From NCBI GenBank assembly GCA_963708135.1, contig OY970192.1, forward strand, positions 4,128,001 through 4,192,000: 64,000 bases of DNA. The letters run 5' to 3'. Source of the stretch: an uncultured Gemmatimonadales bacterium (GTDB lineage Bacteria > Gemmatimonadota > Gemmatimonadetes > Longimicrobiales > RSA9). The position numbers and the translations under genes are program-made. Numbering within the stretch: the stretch's first letter is position 1; every line of letters begins with the position of its first letter. Below the pieces are notes generated by a model. The model searched no databases. It worked only from the letters and a program-made list of their open reading frames with translations, and had not been told where the DNA came from. Shown here in pieces: positions 40,687-49,504 of the stretch.

Positions 40687-41670
40687 ATGTCCACGATCAC
40701 GTACCGCGAGGCGCTCAACGCCGCGCTGGACGAGGAAATGGCGCGCGATCCCGATGTCTTCCTGATGGGCGAGGAGGTCGGGATGTACAACGGCGCCTAC
40801 AAGGTCTCGAAAGGGCTCCTCGAGAAGTACGGTGAGAGACGGGTGGTAGACACGCCGATCACGGAGCTCGGCTTCACCGGGCTCGGCGTGGGCGCGGCGA
40901 TGGTGGGGCTGCGCCCGGTCATCGAGTTCATGACCTTCAACTTCTCGCTCCTGGCCACCGACCAGGTGTTCAACAGCGCGGCCAAGCTGCACTACATGAC
41001 GGCGGGGCAGTTCAGTTGCCCGATCGTCTTCCGCGGCCCGACCGGCGCCGCGCTGCAGCTCTCCGCCCAGCACTCGCAGGCGCTGGAGTCGATGTACGCG
41101 CACTTCCCCGGCCTGAAGATCGTCACGCCGGCGACCCCGGCGGACGCGAAGGGGCTGCTCAAGGCGGCGATCCGGGACGACGACCCCGTCGCCTTCTTCG
41201 AGGGCGAGCTGCTCTACGCGCTGAAGGGGGAGGTCCCCGATGACGACGACTACGTGGTGCCGCTCGGTGTGGCCGACGTGAAGCGGGAGGGCGGCGACGT
41301 CAGCATCATCACGCACGGCAAGATGGTACATGTGGCGTTGCAGGCCGCGGCGCGGCTCGAGCGCGATGGCGTCTCGGCCGAGGTGCTGGACCTGCGCTCG
41401 CTACGCCCGCTGGACGTGGCGGCGATCCGCGCGACGATCTCCAGGACGAACCGCGCGATCTACCTGGAGGAGGGCTGGCCTTACATGGGCGTGGGCGGCT
41501 CGATCGCGAGCATCATCCAGGAGGAGAGCTTCGACGACCTGGACGCGCCGGTGCTGCGGGTGACCCAGGCCGACGTGCCGATGCCGTACAGCAGGAACCT
41601 GGAGAAGCTGGCGAAGCCGTCGGTGGAGCGGGTGGTGGAGGCGTGTAACAGGGTGATGTACAGGGATTAG
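40687..41670 (+). CDS. pdhB: Pyruvate dehydrogenase E1 beta subunit
   Basis: MGEEV, DTPITE, EFMTFNF, AQHSQ. Confidence 0.95.
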   Translation: MSTITYREALNAALDEEMARDPDVFLMGEEVGMYNGAYKVSKGLLEKYGERRVVDTPITELGFTGLGVGAAMVGLRPVIEFMTFNFSLLATDQVFNSAAKLHYMTAGQFSCPIVFRGPTGAALQLSAQHSQALESMYAHFPGLKIVTPATPADAKGLLKAAIRDDDPVAFFEGELLYALKGEVPDDDDYVVPLGVADVKREGGDVSIITHGKMVHVALQAAARLERDGVSAEVLDLRSLRPLDVAAIRATISRTNRAIYLEEGWPYMGVGGSIASIIQEESFDDLDAPVLRVTQADVPMPYSRNLEKLAKPSVERVVEACNRVMYRD

Positions 41671-41721
41671 GGGATCCTGAATCCCTGGTCCGGCCCGTGG
41701 TCCCCGGAACACGAGGTGAGG

Positions 41722-43149
41722 ATGGCGACGAAGGTCCACATGGAGGCGCTTTCCCCGACCATGGAGGAGGGGCAGCTGGTCCGCTGGCTGAAGCAGGAGG
41801 GGGACCAGGTGGCGGAGGGCGACGTTCTGGCGGAGATCGAGACCGACAAGGCCACCATGGAGCTGGTGGCGCGAGGCGCGGGGGTGCTCCGGAAGCAGCT
41901 GTTGCCGGAGGGCGCGAGCGCGCCCGTGGGCGCGGTGATCGGCGTCGTCGCGGGGGCGGACGAGGACATCTCCAGCATCCTTGCAGAGGCGCCGACGAGC
42001 GCCGGGCAGCCGGCCCATGGCGGGGAGTCGGAGGCGGCGCCGGAATTGGCCGCGGCGGCGGCGGTATCGGCGGCCGGTGAGTCGGAGCGGGACGAGGCGG
42101 CCGCCGGCGTCCAGGCTGCCGTGCAGGCGCCGAGCCGCCCCGCCACACCGACTCCCCCGTCCGCTCCCGCCGGACGTGCATCCACGCCGGCGAGCGGCGG
42201 CGAGGCCACGGGGAACGGGGCAGAGCGCGGCGGCCGGGTAAAGGCTTCGCCGCTCGCGCGGCGACTAGCCGCCGAGGCGGGGCTCGAGTTGAACTCGGTG
42301 CGTGGCACGGGTCCGGGCGGGAGGATCACGAAGCGCGACATCGAGGGCGCGCGCGAGCGGGCGCCGCAGCGCGGGGCGGCCGCGCCCGCGGCGGCGGCAG
42401 CGCGTGGCGCAGCGCCCGCGGCCGCGGCCGCCCCGGCGCTCCGCGAGGCGAGCGAGCGGCCGGAGGTCGAGGAGGTCCCGGTCAGCCAGATGCGGAAGAC
42501 GATCGCGAAGCGGCTCGTCACCTCGATCGGGCCGGTGCCCACCTTCTACCTCACCGTCGAAGTGGACATGGGGCACATGAGCGAGGCGCGGGCGCGGATC
42601 AACGACCGACTGGCGGCGAGCGGCCAGAAGGTCTCCATCAACGACCTCCTGATTCGCGCAACGGCCGAGGCGCTGCGGCGGCACCCCGAGGTGAACGCGG
42701 CCTGGGGCGAGACCGTGATCCGCCGCTACGGCCGCGTGCACATCGGAATGGCGGTGGCGGTCGAGGACGGGCTCATCACACCCGTCATCCGGGATGCCGA
42801 CCGCAAGGGCGTGGCCCAGATCGCCCGGGAGGCGCGCGAGCTGGCGGCGCGGGCGCGCGACCGGAAGCTCACCCCCGAGGAATACACGGGCGCGACCTTC
42901 TCGATCTCGAATCTCGGGATGCTCGACATCGATGAGTTCACCGCGATCATCAACCCGCCCGAGGCTGCCATCCTGGCCGTCGGACGGGTGGAGGAGAAGC
43001 CGGTCGTCGTGGACGGGCAGGTGGTGCCGGGCAAGCGCATGCGCATGACCATGAGCTGCGATCACCGCGTGGTCAACGGCGCCACCGGCGCGCGCTTCCT
43101 CCAGACGCTGCGCGCGTTCCTTGAGGAGCCGACAATGATGCTGGTATAG
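41722..43149 (+). CDS. pdhC: Pyruvate dehydrogenase E2 dihydrolipoamide acetyltransferase
   Basis: Lipoyl motif [22 protein letters not shown]. Confidence 0.95.
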   Translation: MATKVHMEALSPTMEEGQLVRWLKQEGDQVAEGDVLAEIETDKATMELVARGAGVLRKQLLPEGASAPVGAVIGVVAGADEDISSILAEAPTSAGQPAHGGESEAAPELAAAAAVSAAGESERDEAAAGVQAAVQAPSRPATPTPPSAPAGRASTPASGGEATGNGAERGGRVKASPLARRLAAEAGLELNSVRGTGPGGRITKRDIEGARERAPQRGAAAPAAAAARGAAPAAAAAPALREASERPEVEEVPVSQMRKTIAKRLVTSIGPVPTFYLTVEVDMGHMSEARARINDRLAASGQKVSINDLLIRATAEALRRHPEVNAAWGETVIRRYGRVHIGMAVAVEDGLITPVIRDADRKGVAQIAREARELAARARDRKLTPEEYTGATFSISNLGMLDIDEFTAIINPPEAAILAVGRVEEKPVVVDGQVVPGKRMRMTMSCDHRVVNGATGARFLQTLRAFLEEPTMMLV

Positions 43150-43167
43150 GCGAAGCGAGCAGGTCCT

Positions 43168-43463
43168 GGATGCAAGAACCCCCGCCGCCAGCCGAAGCCG
43201 GACGTCGGGGGTTCTTGCCACTGGCGAGGCTCGGGTCCGCTGAGGTTCGGGGCCACGCCGCGAGGCGTGCCCGGATCCCGTGTCTCTCTGCCCAGCACCG
43301 CGCGGTCTGCGGGTGGGGCGCCCCTGGCCGGGGGCAAACGGCTGCGGCCAGTAACCTCGCAGCCGACTCGCCGGGTCCGAACGTCCGACGAGCATGTCTC
43401 GCGAAAAGCGTCCCTTTCGGAGACGACGTCCCTGGCCGCGAAGACCGCCGGCCGTTGACGTCT
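43168..43463 (-). ncRNA. Candidate structured non-coding RNA (~290 nt), family unknown
   Basis: Promoter TTGACG-17-TATCCT (43498-43470), then about 8 consecutive hairpins ending in a UUCG-capped stem; no short ORF. Confidence 0.5.
43172..43218. terminator. Strong hairpin, probably terminating pdhC and/or the minus-strand RNA
   Basis: 13-bp arms GCAAGAACCCCCG/CGGGGGTTCTTGC; on the minus strand the apex is CCGGC-UUCG-GCUGG. Confidence 0.65.
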
Positions 43464-43560
43464 GCGACAAGGATAAGCGTCTTGGCGTGCGCCGTCAAGG
43501 CCTTCTTTCAGGCCCACAAGCCGTTGTTATGAAACAAGATGCTGGACTGGTGGGAAATGT

Positions 43561-43728
43561 TGTGGAAACCTGGAACGGCGGTGGAGCGGCAACATTCCTT
43601 CGCCGTTCGGGTTAGCGGTTTGTAACGATTGGATCCACAGGTTTCTTCAATTTTTCTACAGGTTTTCCACCGCCGTTCGGCCGTTGTCCACGTGGGCCCC
43701 GGGCTTTGTTCACGCGCTGTGTGGAAAA
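43561..43728. promoter_or_regulatory. Remote DnaA-box cluster 2
   Basis: TGTGGAAAC 43561, GGATCCACA 43631, TTTTCTACA 43652, TTTTCCACC 43663, TTGTCCACG 43684, TTGTTCACG 43706, TGTGGAAAA 43720. Confidence 0.65.
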
Positions 43729-43821
43729 TGGGCGGGCGGAGCGGCGGTGGGCCGAGGGCGCGGCTGCCGGACGTCGCGGGGCGATGGCTCCGCAGGTGGC
43801 CCCGGGGGGCGCCGGGAGCGA

Positions 43822-43850
43822 TTGTCCGGGCCTGGGCGGCGTCGTAGTAT
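43822..43850 (+). promoter_or_regulatory. lpdA promoter
   Basis: TTGTCC-17-TAGTAT. Confidence 0.5.
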
Positions 43851-43890
43851 TGGAAGCTACGAGCGAAACACTCCGAGTGAGAGGTGAGGC

Positions 43891-45288
43891 GTGGCGGAGA
43901 ACACCTTCGACCTGATCGTGATCGGGGCGGGGCCGGGCGGTTACGTTGCGGCGATCCGCGCGGCGCAGCTGGGGATGCGGGTGGCGTGCGTGGAGGCGGA
44001 CAAGCTGGGGGGCGTCTGCAACAACGTGGGGTGCATTCCGACGAAGGCGCTGCTGGAAGCGGCAATGTACGCGCGGCGGATTCCGGAGCTGAAGGAGTTC
44101 GGGATCACGGTGGCGGATGTGAAGCTGGACCTGGGGCGGGCGGGCAAGCGGGCGAAGACGGTGGCGGGCCAGGGGTCGAAGGGGGTGGGCTACCTGTTCA
44201 AGAAGAACGGAGTGGAGCCGGTGTCGGGCTGGGCGCGTCTCGTGGGGGGGGGCAAGGTGGAGGTGGAGGGCTCGGAGGGGAAGCGGACGCTGACGGCCAA
44301 GGCGATCATGCTGGCGACGGGGTCACGGCCGAAGTCTTTGCCGATGCTGAAGATCGACGGGCAGCGGGTGTGGAGCTCGGATCAGGCTGTGTTTCCGACG
44401 GAGGCGCCGGGGACGCTGGGGATCATCGGCGCGGGGGCGATCGGAATGGAGTTCGCGGACGTGTACAACGCGTTCGGCACGAAGGTGACGCTGGTGGAGG
44501 CGATGGAGCAGGTGCTTCCGCTGGAGGATGCGGATGCGGCGAAGGTGGTGGAGAAGGCGTTCAAGAAGCGGGGCATCGAGGTGATGACGGGCGCGAGGCT
44601 GGAGAGTGCGGAAGTGGGGAAGCAGGGGGTGAAGCTGGTGGTGAAGACGAAGGGGGGCGAGGAGAAGGCGGTCGAGGTCGAGCGAGTGCTTGTGGCAGTC
44701 GGCCGGGCGCCGATCGTGGAGGATGTGGGGGCGGAGAAGGCGGGCGTGAAGGTGGAGCGGGGCTTCTTCCAGGTGGATGACCAGCTGCGCACGACCGCGG
44801 CGGGGGTCTGGGCGATCGGGGACTGCGCGCGGCCGCCGCTGCTGGCGCACAAGGCGTCGCACGAAGGGATCGCGGTGGTGGAGGCGATCGCGGGCGTCGG
44901 TCACGGGATGGTGGACTACGACAACATCCCGAGCGTGACGTACTGCCATCCGGAGGTGGCGTCGACGGGACTGACGGAGAAGGCGGCGCGGGAGAAGGGG
45001 CTGGACATCGAGGTGGGGGTGTTCCCGTTCAGCGCGAACGGCCGGGCGCGCACGGCGGGGGAGACGGAGGGGTTCGTGAAGGTGATCCGTGAGAAGCGCT
45101 ACAGCGAGATCGTGGGCGCGCACATCGTGGGCCCGCACGCGAGTGAGCTGATCGCCGAGTTCGTGGTGGGACGCGAGCTCGAGACGACGGCGGAGGAGAT
45201 GGACCGGGCGATGCACCCTCATCCGACGCTCTCGGAGGCGGTGGCGCAGGCGGCGCTGGCCTCTCTTGGGCGCCCGATCGACCTGTAG
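43891..45288 (+). CDS. lpdA: Dihydrolipoyl dehydrogenase (E3)
   Basis: GAGPGGY, GGVCNNVGCIPTK, GAGAIGME, HPHPTLSE. Confidence 0.96.
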   Translation: MAENTFDLIVIGAGPGGYVAAIRAAQLGMRVACVEADKLGGVCNNVGCIPTKALLEAAMYARRIPELKEFGITVADVKLDLGRAGKRAKTVAGQGSKGVGYLFKKNGVEPVSGWARLVGGGKVEVEGSEGKRTLTAKAIMLATGSRPKSLPMLKIDGQRVWSSDQAVFPTEAPGTLGIIGAGAIGMEFADVYNAFGTKVTLVEAMEQVLPLEDADAAKVVEKAFKKRGIEVMTGARLESAEVGKQGVKLVVKTKGGEEKAVEVERVLVAVGRAPIVEDVGAEKAGVKVERGFFQVDDQLRTTAAGVWAIGDCARPPLLAHKASHEGIAVVEAIAGVGHGMVDYDNIPSVTYCHPEVASTGLTEKAAREKGLDIEVGVFPFSANGRARTAGETEGFVKVIREKRYSEIVGAHIVGPHASELIAEFVVGRELETTAEEMDRAMHPHPTLSEAVAQAALASLGRPIDL

Positions 45289-45293
45289 CGGCG

Positions 45294-46658
45294 ATGGAGG
45301 CGGTGCCTTTCCTGTCCGCGATTCTGGCGCACGAGGCGCCTGCCGTCGGCGGGTATGCCCGGGGCGAGGTGCGTCCCCGGCCGAAGGGGTGGGCGGCGGT
45401 GGCGGTGGGGGCGGCAGGGCTGGTCACGGCGACGGTGCTCATGCTGCGGGATGCCGCCCCGTTCGCGACGATGTACTACGTGTTCGCGTGGTACAGCACG
45501 CTGCTGGCGCTGTATGGCGTGCTGGCACTGGTGTCGGGCCGGTCGCCGGCGCTGCGGCGGCCGGCGTCGCTGGCGACGATGCTCGGCTGGTCGGTCGTGG
45601 TGTGGCTGTTCTTCGAGCTGCTGAATCTGCGGCTGCGGGATTGGTACTACGTGTTCGTGCCGAGGGAAGGGGCGGTGCGCTGGGTCTACATTGCCGTCTC
45701 CTTCGCGACGGTCCTGCCGGCGGTGTTCGGCGCCGAGGCGCTGCTGGAGGGATTGGGCGTGGCGGAGCGGGCGCGCTGGCCGCGGCTCCGTGTGACGCCG
45801 CGGCTGCTGCGGGGGGTCCGCGCGGCCGGCGCGCTGGCGCTGGTTCTGCCGCTTCTCTGGCCGCGCTGGTTCTTTCCGCTGGTGTGGGGCTCGGCCACGC
45901 TGTTGCTGGAGCCATCGGTGTACCGGCGGGACCCGGCGCGCTCGCTGCTGCACGACCTGGAGGAGGGCCGACCCGGGCGGATGCTGCGCATCCTGCTCGG
46001 CGGAGCCGCGATCGGATTCCTCTGGGAGATGTTCAACATCCGTGCGCGTGGGAAGTGGATCTACACGGTTCCCGGCTTCGACGACGGCAAGCTGTTCGAG
46101 ATGCCGGTGCTGGGGTTCTTCGGGTTTCCGCCGTTCGCGGTGGACTGCTATGTGATGTGGCAGCTGCTGGTCGTGCAGGGGCTCGCGGTGCCGCTCGCGG
46201 GGCGCCCGCTGCCGGCGCGCCGGCTGAAGCGCTGGGGCAGCGCGCTGGGGGCGGTGGCGTTCAGCGCCGTGGTCCTGCGGGGGATGGAGGCGCGCACGAT
46301 CTCCTCGGTCGCGCCGCGACTCTCGGACGTGCCCGGGATCCCGGCGCCGGCGCTCCGCGACGCCGGCTACGACGTTTTCTCGCTCAGCTCCGCGTCACCG
46401 GCGGCGGTGGCGCTGGCCACGGGCGCGAGCCCGGAGGAGTCGGCGCGCTGGGTGTCGGCGGCGCGGCTGGTCACCCTGCGGGGGATCGGCACGCGCAACG
46501 CGCGCGACCTGATGGCGGTAGGGATCCAGTCGCCCGGCAGGCTGGCGGCCGCGGACCCGGCGTGGCTCGCCCGCGCGCTGCGCGCGCGGACCGGGCGGCC
46601 GGTGGTGGATGCGCGGCTGCGCGTCTGGATCCGCGCCGCGCGCGCGGCCACTCCGTAG
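45294..46658 (+). CDS. Multi-pass membrane protein with C-terminal helix-hairpin-helix (DUF4332-like) domain
   Basis: Several TM helices, WEMFN..A.GKWIY...LFEMPVLGFFGFPPF, C-terminal LRGIG. Confidence 0.7.
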   Translation: MEAVPFLSAILAHEAPAVGGYARGEVRPRPKGWAAVAVGAAGLVTATVLMLRDAAPFATMYYVFAWYSTLLALYGVLALVSGRSPALRRPASLATMLGWSVVVWLFFELLNLRLRDWYYVFVPREGAVRWVYIAVSFATVLPAVFGAEALLEGLGVAERARWPRLRVTPRLLRGVRAAGALALVLPLLWPRWFFPLVWGSATLLLEPSVYRRDPARSLLHDLEEGRPGRMLRILLGGAAIGFLWEMFNIRARGKWIYTVPGFDDGKLFEMPVLGFFGFPPFAVDCYVMWQLLVVQGLAVPLAGRPLPARRLKRWGSALGAVAFSAVVLRGMEARTISSVAPRLSDVPGIPAPALRDAGYDVFSLSSASPAAVALATGASPEESARWVSAARLVTLRGIGTRNARDLMAVGIQSPGRLAAADPAWLARALRARTGRPVVDARLRVWIRAARAATP

Positions 46659-46749
46659 ACTCCTGGCGGAACGCCAGGCGGCGCCGGCAACGTCGATGCG
46701 GGCGGCGTCCCTCGCGTGAGCCGCACCTGCTTCCGGGAGGCGCTGGCTC

Positions 46750-47818
46750 TCACGGCGTGACCTCGAGCCGTCCCGCCTCACCTTCCAGCACGGCCCCGAT
46801 GACGACGCCGGTGCCGCCCTGCGCGCGCAGGGCAGCCACGAGATCCCCGGCCTGCTCGGCGGGCAGCGCCACGAGAAGGCCACCCGAGGTCTGCGCGTCC
46901 GTCAGGAGCGCCCGCACGTCCTCGGGAACGTCCGGCCGCCAATCCACGTCCGCCGCTTCCTCGAGGTTGCGGCGGCTGCCGCCCGGGATGTGGCCGGCGC
47001 GGGCGAGCTCGAGAGCGTCCGGCAGGAGCGGCACGGCGCCGGCGCTCAAGCGGCCGGCGACGCCGCTCGCGCGGAGCATCTCCCGCAGGTGGCCCACCAG
47101 CCCGAAGCCAGTGACGTCCGTGGCGGCGTGGGCGCCCGCCCGGAGCATGGCCTCCGCGGCGGCGCGGTTCAGGGTGGCCATGCTGGCGACGGCGGCCTCC
47201 ACCGAGCTCGCGGCCGCGGCTCCGGCCTTGAGGGCAGTGGAAACGATCCCCGTGCCGAGCGGCTTGGTGAGGACCAGCCGGTCGCCGGGACGGGCGGTGC
47301 TGTTGCGGACGATGGCGTCGGGCACCGCCTCTCCGATGACCGCGAGCCCGAACTTCGGCTCCTCGTCGTCGATGGAATGGCCGCCGAGGATCGGCACCCC
47401 CGCCAGGCGAGCGGCCTCGCCTCCGCCACGGACGATCTCCTCGAGCAGTCCCTCGCCGAGCAGCCGCCGGGGGAACGCCACGAGGTTCAGGGCGAAGAGG
47501 GGCCGGGCACCCATGGCGTAGACGTCGGAGAGCGCGTTGGCCGCGGCGATGCGCCCGAAGTCGTAGGGGTCGTCCACGATGGGCGTGAAGAAGTCCACCG
47601 TGGCGACGAGGGCGCGCCCGGCGTCGAGCCGGTAGACGGCGGCATCGTCCGCGGTGCCGGCATCGACCAGCACGGCGGGATCGTGGAACGGGACCAGGTG
47701 ACGCAGGACCTGCGTCAGCTCGGCAGCGCCGAGCTTGCAGGCTCAGCCCGCGCCGTGCGAGAAGCTGCGTGAGGCGCAGCCTCGGCCGCTGGTCCCTCGG
47801 CGAATCGATGCTTTCCAT
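46750..47818 (-). CDS. selD: Selenide, water dikinase containing Sec (UGA at 47745-47743); apparent extra base near 47764
   Basis: RLTQ-FSHGAG-U-ACKL, DDAAVY, DFFTP, ANALSDVYAMG, GGHS, DVTGFGL, DAQTSGGLL. Confidence 0.93.
47708..47742 (-). promoter_or_regulatory. Bacterial SECIS element
   Basis: Immediately 3' of the UGA: GCCUGC-A-AGCUCGGC-GCU-GCCGAGCU-GAC-GCAGGU stem-loop with G first in the apical loop. Confidence 0.75.
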
Positions 47819-47907
47819 GGCGGGAATGTAGGGGCGGCGCCCGTTGCGGGGAATGGAAGTTGCTCCTGTGGACGACCGAACGTCCCGAGCCGGGGGGGGG
47901 GTGAGGC

Positions 47908-48219
47908 ATGTCCGAGCACACGGGTCCGGAGGGACCGGCCGAGTTCACCACGCAGGAGGGGATGTCGCTGGCGCTGTCCTACCTGGACGATCCGTCGGAC
48001 GTGGACTGCCCGCGCTGCGGTCCGGGGCTGATGGAGGTCGTTTGCTTCCTGGACGCGGGATCGATCGGGGACGGCGCCGTGGTGCCGACGATTCCGGAGG
48101 GCGACTATACGGTGGTCCTCTACTGCCATCAGTGCGGACGGGCGGCGGCGCTGGACCTGACGCGCGACACGAAGGAGCCCGGGGGCGAAGGTCCCGGAGA
48201 GGGACGGGAGGCCGCGTAG
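47908..48219 (+). CDS. Small acidic putative zinc-binding protein
   Basis: CPRC...CHQC; GGTGAGG RBS. Confidence 0.7.
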   Translation: MSEHTGPEGPAEFTTQEGMSLALSYLDDPSDVDCPRCGPGLMEVVCFLDAGSIGDGAVVPTIPEGDYTVVLYCHQCGRAAALDLTRDTKEPGGEGPGEGREAA

Positions 48220-48392
48220 CCCCGCTTGCCTTCCTTGGCGTGCCGTTCCCGGCACGATTACCTTTGATCGAAACAATGACAGCAGCCGGCGAACGGCGTT
48301 GCGCGGCGCGCGGGGGAGCGCGCCGCGCGCACTCGTGCGACGCGGCGGGGCGGTGGCATGGGGCGGTGAGGGAACGAACGGGAGCGGAGTCA

Positions 48393-48674
48393 ATGAGCAA
48401 GTTCTCGCGGCCGAAGTCGTGGATCGAGCACCGGCTGGCGGACGCGCTGATGGTGGACGGCGTCGAGTACCGGGCGGACCTGGTGGCGCGGCGGGGCACG
48501 GGGGTGCAGGGCTTCCGGGTGAGCGCGGTGTTCCTGCCGCGGGGCGAGGGGCGGGAGGTCGAGGCGTCGCTGCCGAACGCGGCCAGCACGGCCGAAGTGC
48601 ACGGGCTGGTCCGGGAGCTGTCGGCGGATCCGGCGCGGCTCGAGGCGCTGTACCGGGAGGCGGCTGGATCGTGA
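48393..48674 (+). CDS. Hypothetical protein
   Basis: GGAG RBS; coding-like codon use; overlaps the next gene's start. Confidence 0.65.
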   Translation: MSKFSRPKSWIEHRLADALMVDGVEYRADLVARRGTGVQGFRVSAVFLPRGEGREVEASLPNAASTAEVHGLVRELSADPARLEALYREAAGS

Positions 48675-49504
48675 CGGCGCCGGCTTCGCCGCGCGCGCGC
48701 TTCGCGGCCGTGGTCTCGGCTTCGGAGCCGGAGCTCGACCTGGCGGCGGCGGCGCTGCTGGTGGCGGCGGAGGAGTACCCGCAGCTCCAGCCGGGGCCGT
48801 ATCTGCGGCGGCTCGACCTGCTGGCGGAGCGTGTACGGGACCGGCTGGCCAACGAGACGGCGCCGCTCGTCGTGCTGCAGGAGATGAACCGGGTGCTGTT
48901 CGAGGAGGAGGGCTTCCGCGGCAACGCGGCGGACTACTACGAGGCCCGCAACTCCTTCCTGAACAATGTGCTCGACCGCAAGCTCGGCATCCCGATCACC
49001 CTGAGCGTGGTGTACCTGGAGGTGGGCTGGCGGCTCGGGCTGCCGCTCACGGGGGTGAACTTCCCGGGCCACTTCCTGGTGCGCTACGCGGGTGAGGCGA
49101 TGCAGCTGCTGGCGGACCCGTTCCAGCGCGGGCAGCTCCGCTTCGACGATGAGGTGCAGGGACTGCTCGACCGCGTGTACGGGGGCATGGTCCGGCTGCA
49201 GCCGGAGTTCCTCAGGCCCGCCGACCGGAAGGACATCCTGGTCCGCATCCTCTCGAACCTCAAGAGCATTTACCTGAACGCGCGGGATGACGAGCGGGCG
49301 CTGGCCGCGATCGATCGGATCCTGCTGGTCCGGCCGGGCGCCGCCGGCGAGATCCTCGACCGCGGCATGCTGCTGGCGCGGCGCGGCCGCGGCGGAGAGG
49401 CGGCGCGTGACTTGGAGCACTACCTCGAGCTCGCGCCCGACTCGCCCGAGGCGGAGCGCGCGCGGATGCTGCTGGACGAGCTGCAGCGGGGGCCCGCGCA
49501 GTGA
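48671..49504 (+). CDS. SirB1/YchA-like transglutaminase-fold protein with TPR
   Basis: GFRGN..DYY..RNSFL..VL.RK.GIPITL, NFPGHFLV, C-terminal TPR. Confidence 0.88.
   Translation: MTAPASPRARFAAVVSASEPELDLAAAALLVAAEEYPQLQPGPYLRRLDLLAERVRDRLANETAPLVVLQEMNRVLFEEEGFRGNAADYYEARNSFLNNVLDRKLGIPITLSVVYLEVGWRLGLPLTGVNFPGHFLVRYAGEAMQLLADPFQRGQLRFDDEVQGLLDRVYGGMVRLQPEFLRPADRKDILVRILSNLKSIYLNARDDERALAAIDRILLVRPGAAGEILDRGMLLARRGRGGEAARDLEHYLELAPDSPEAERARMLLDELQRGPAQ

Noticed and set aside
46750..47673. selD starting at 47673 as given in the ORF track
   Set aside because: This start would omit the catalytic Sec/Lys motif
48301..48330. GC-rich hairpin GCGCGGCGCGC/GCGCGCCGCGC
   Set aside because: No U-tract and plausible by chance at this GC content; not called as a terminator or ncRNA
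46660..48400. tRNA-Sec (selC) or other sel genes near selD
   Set aside because: No cloverleaf or selA/selB motifs seen
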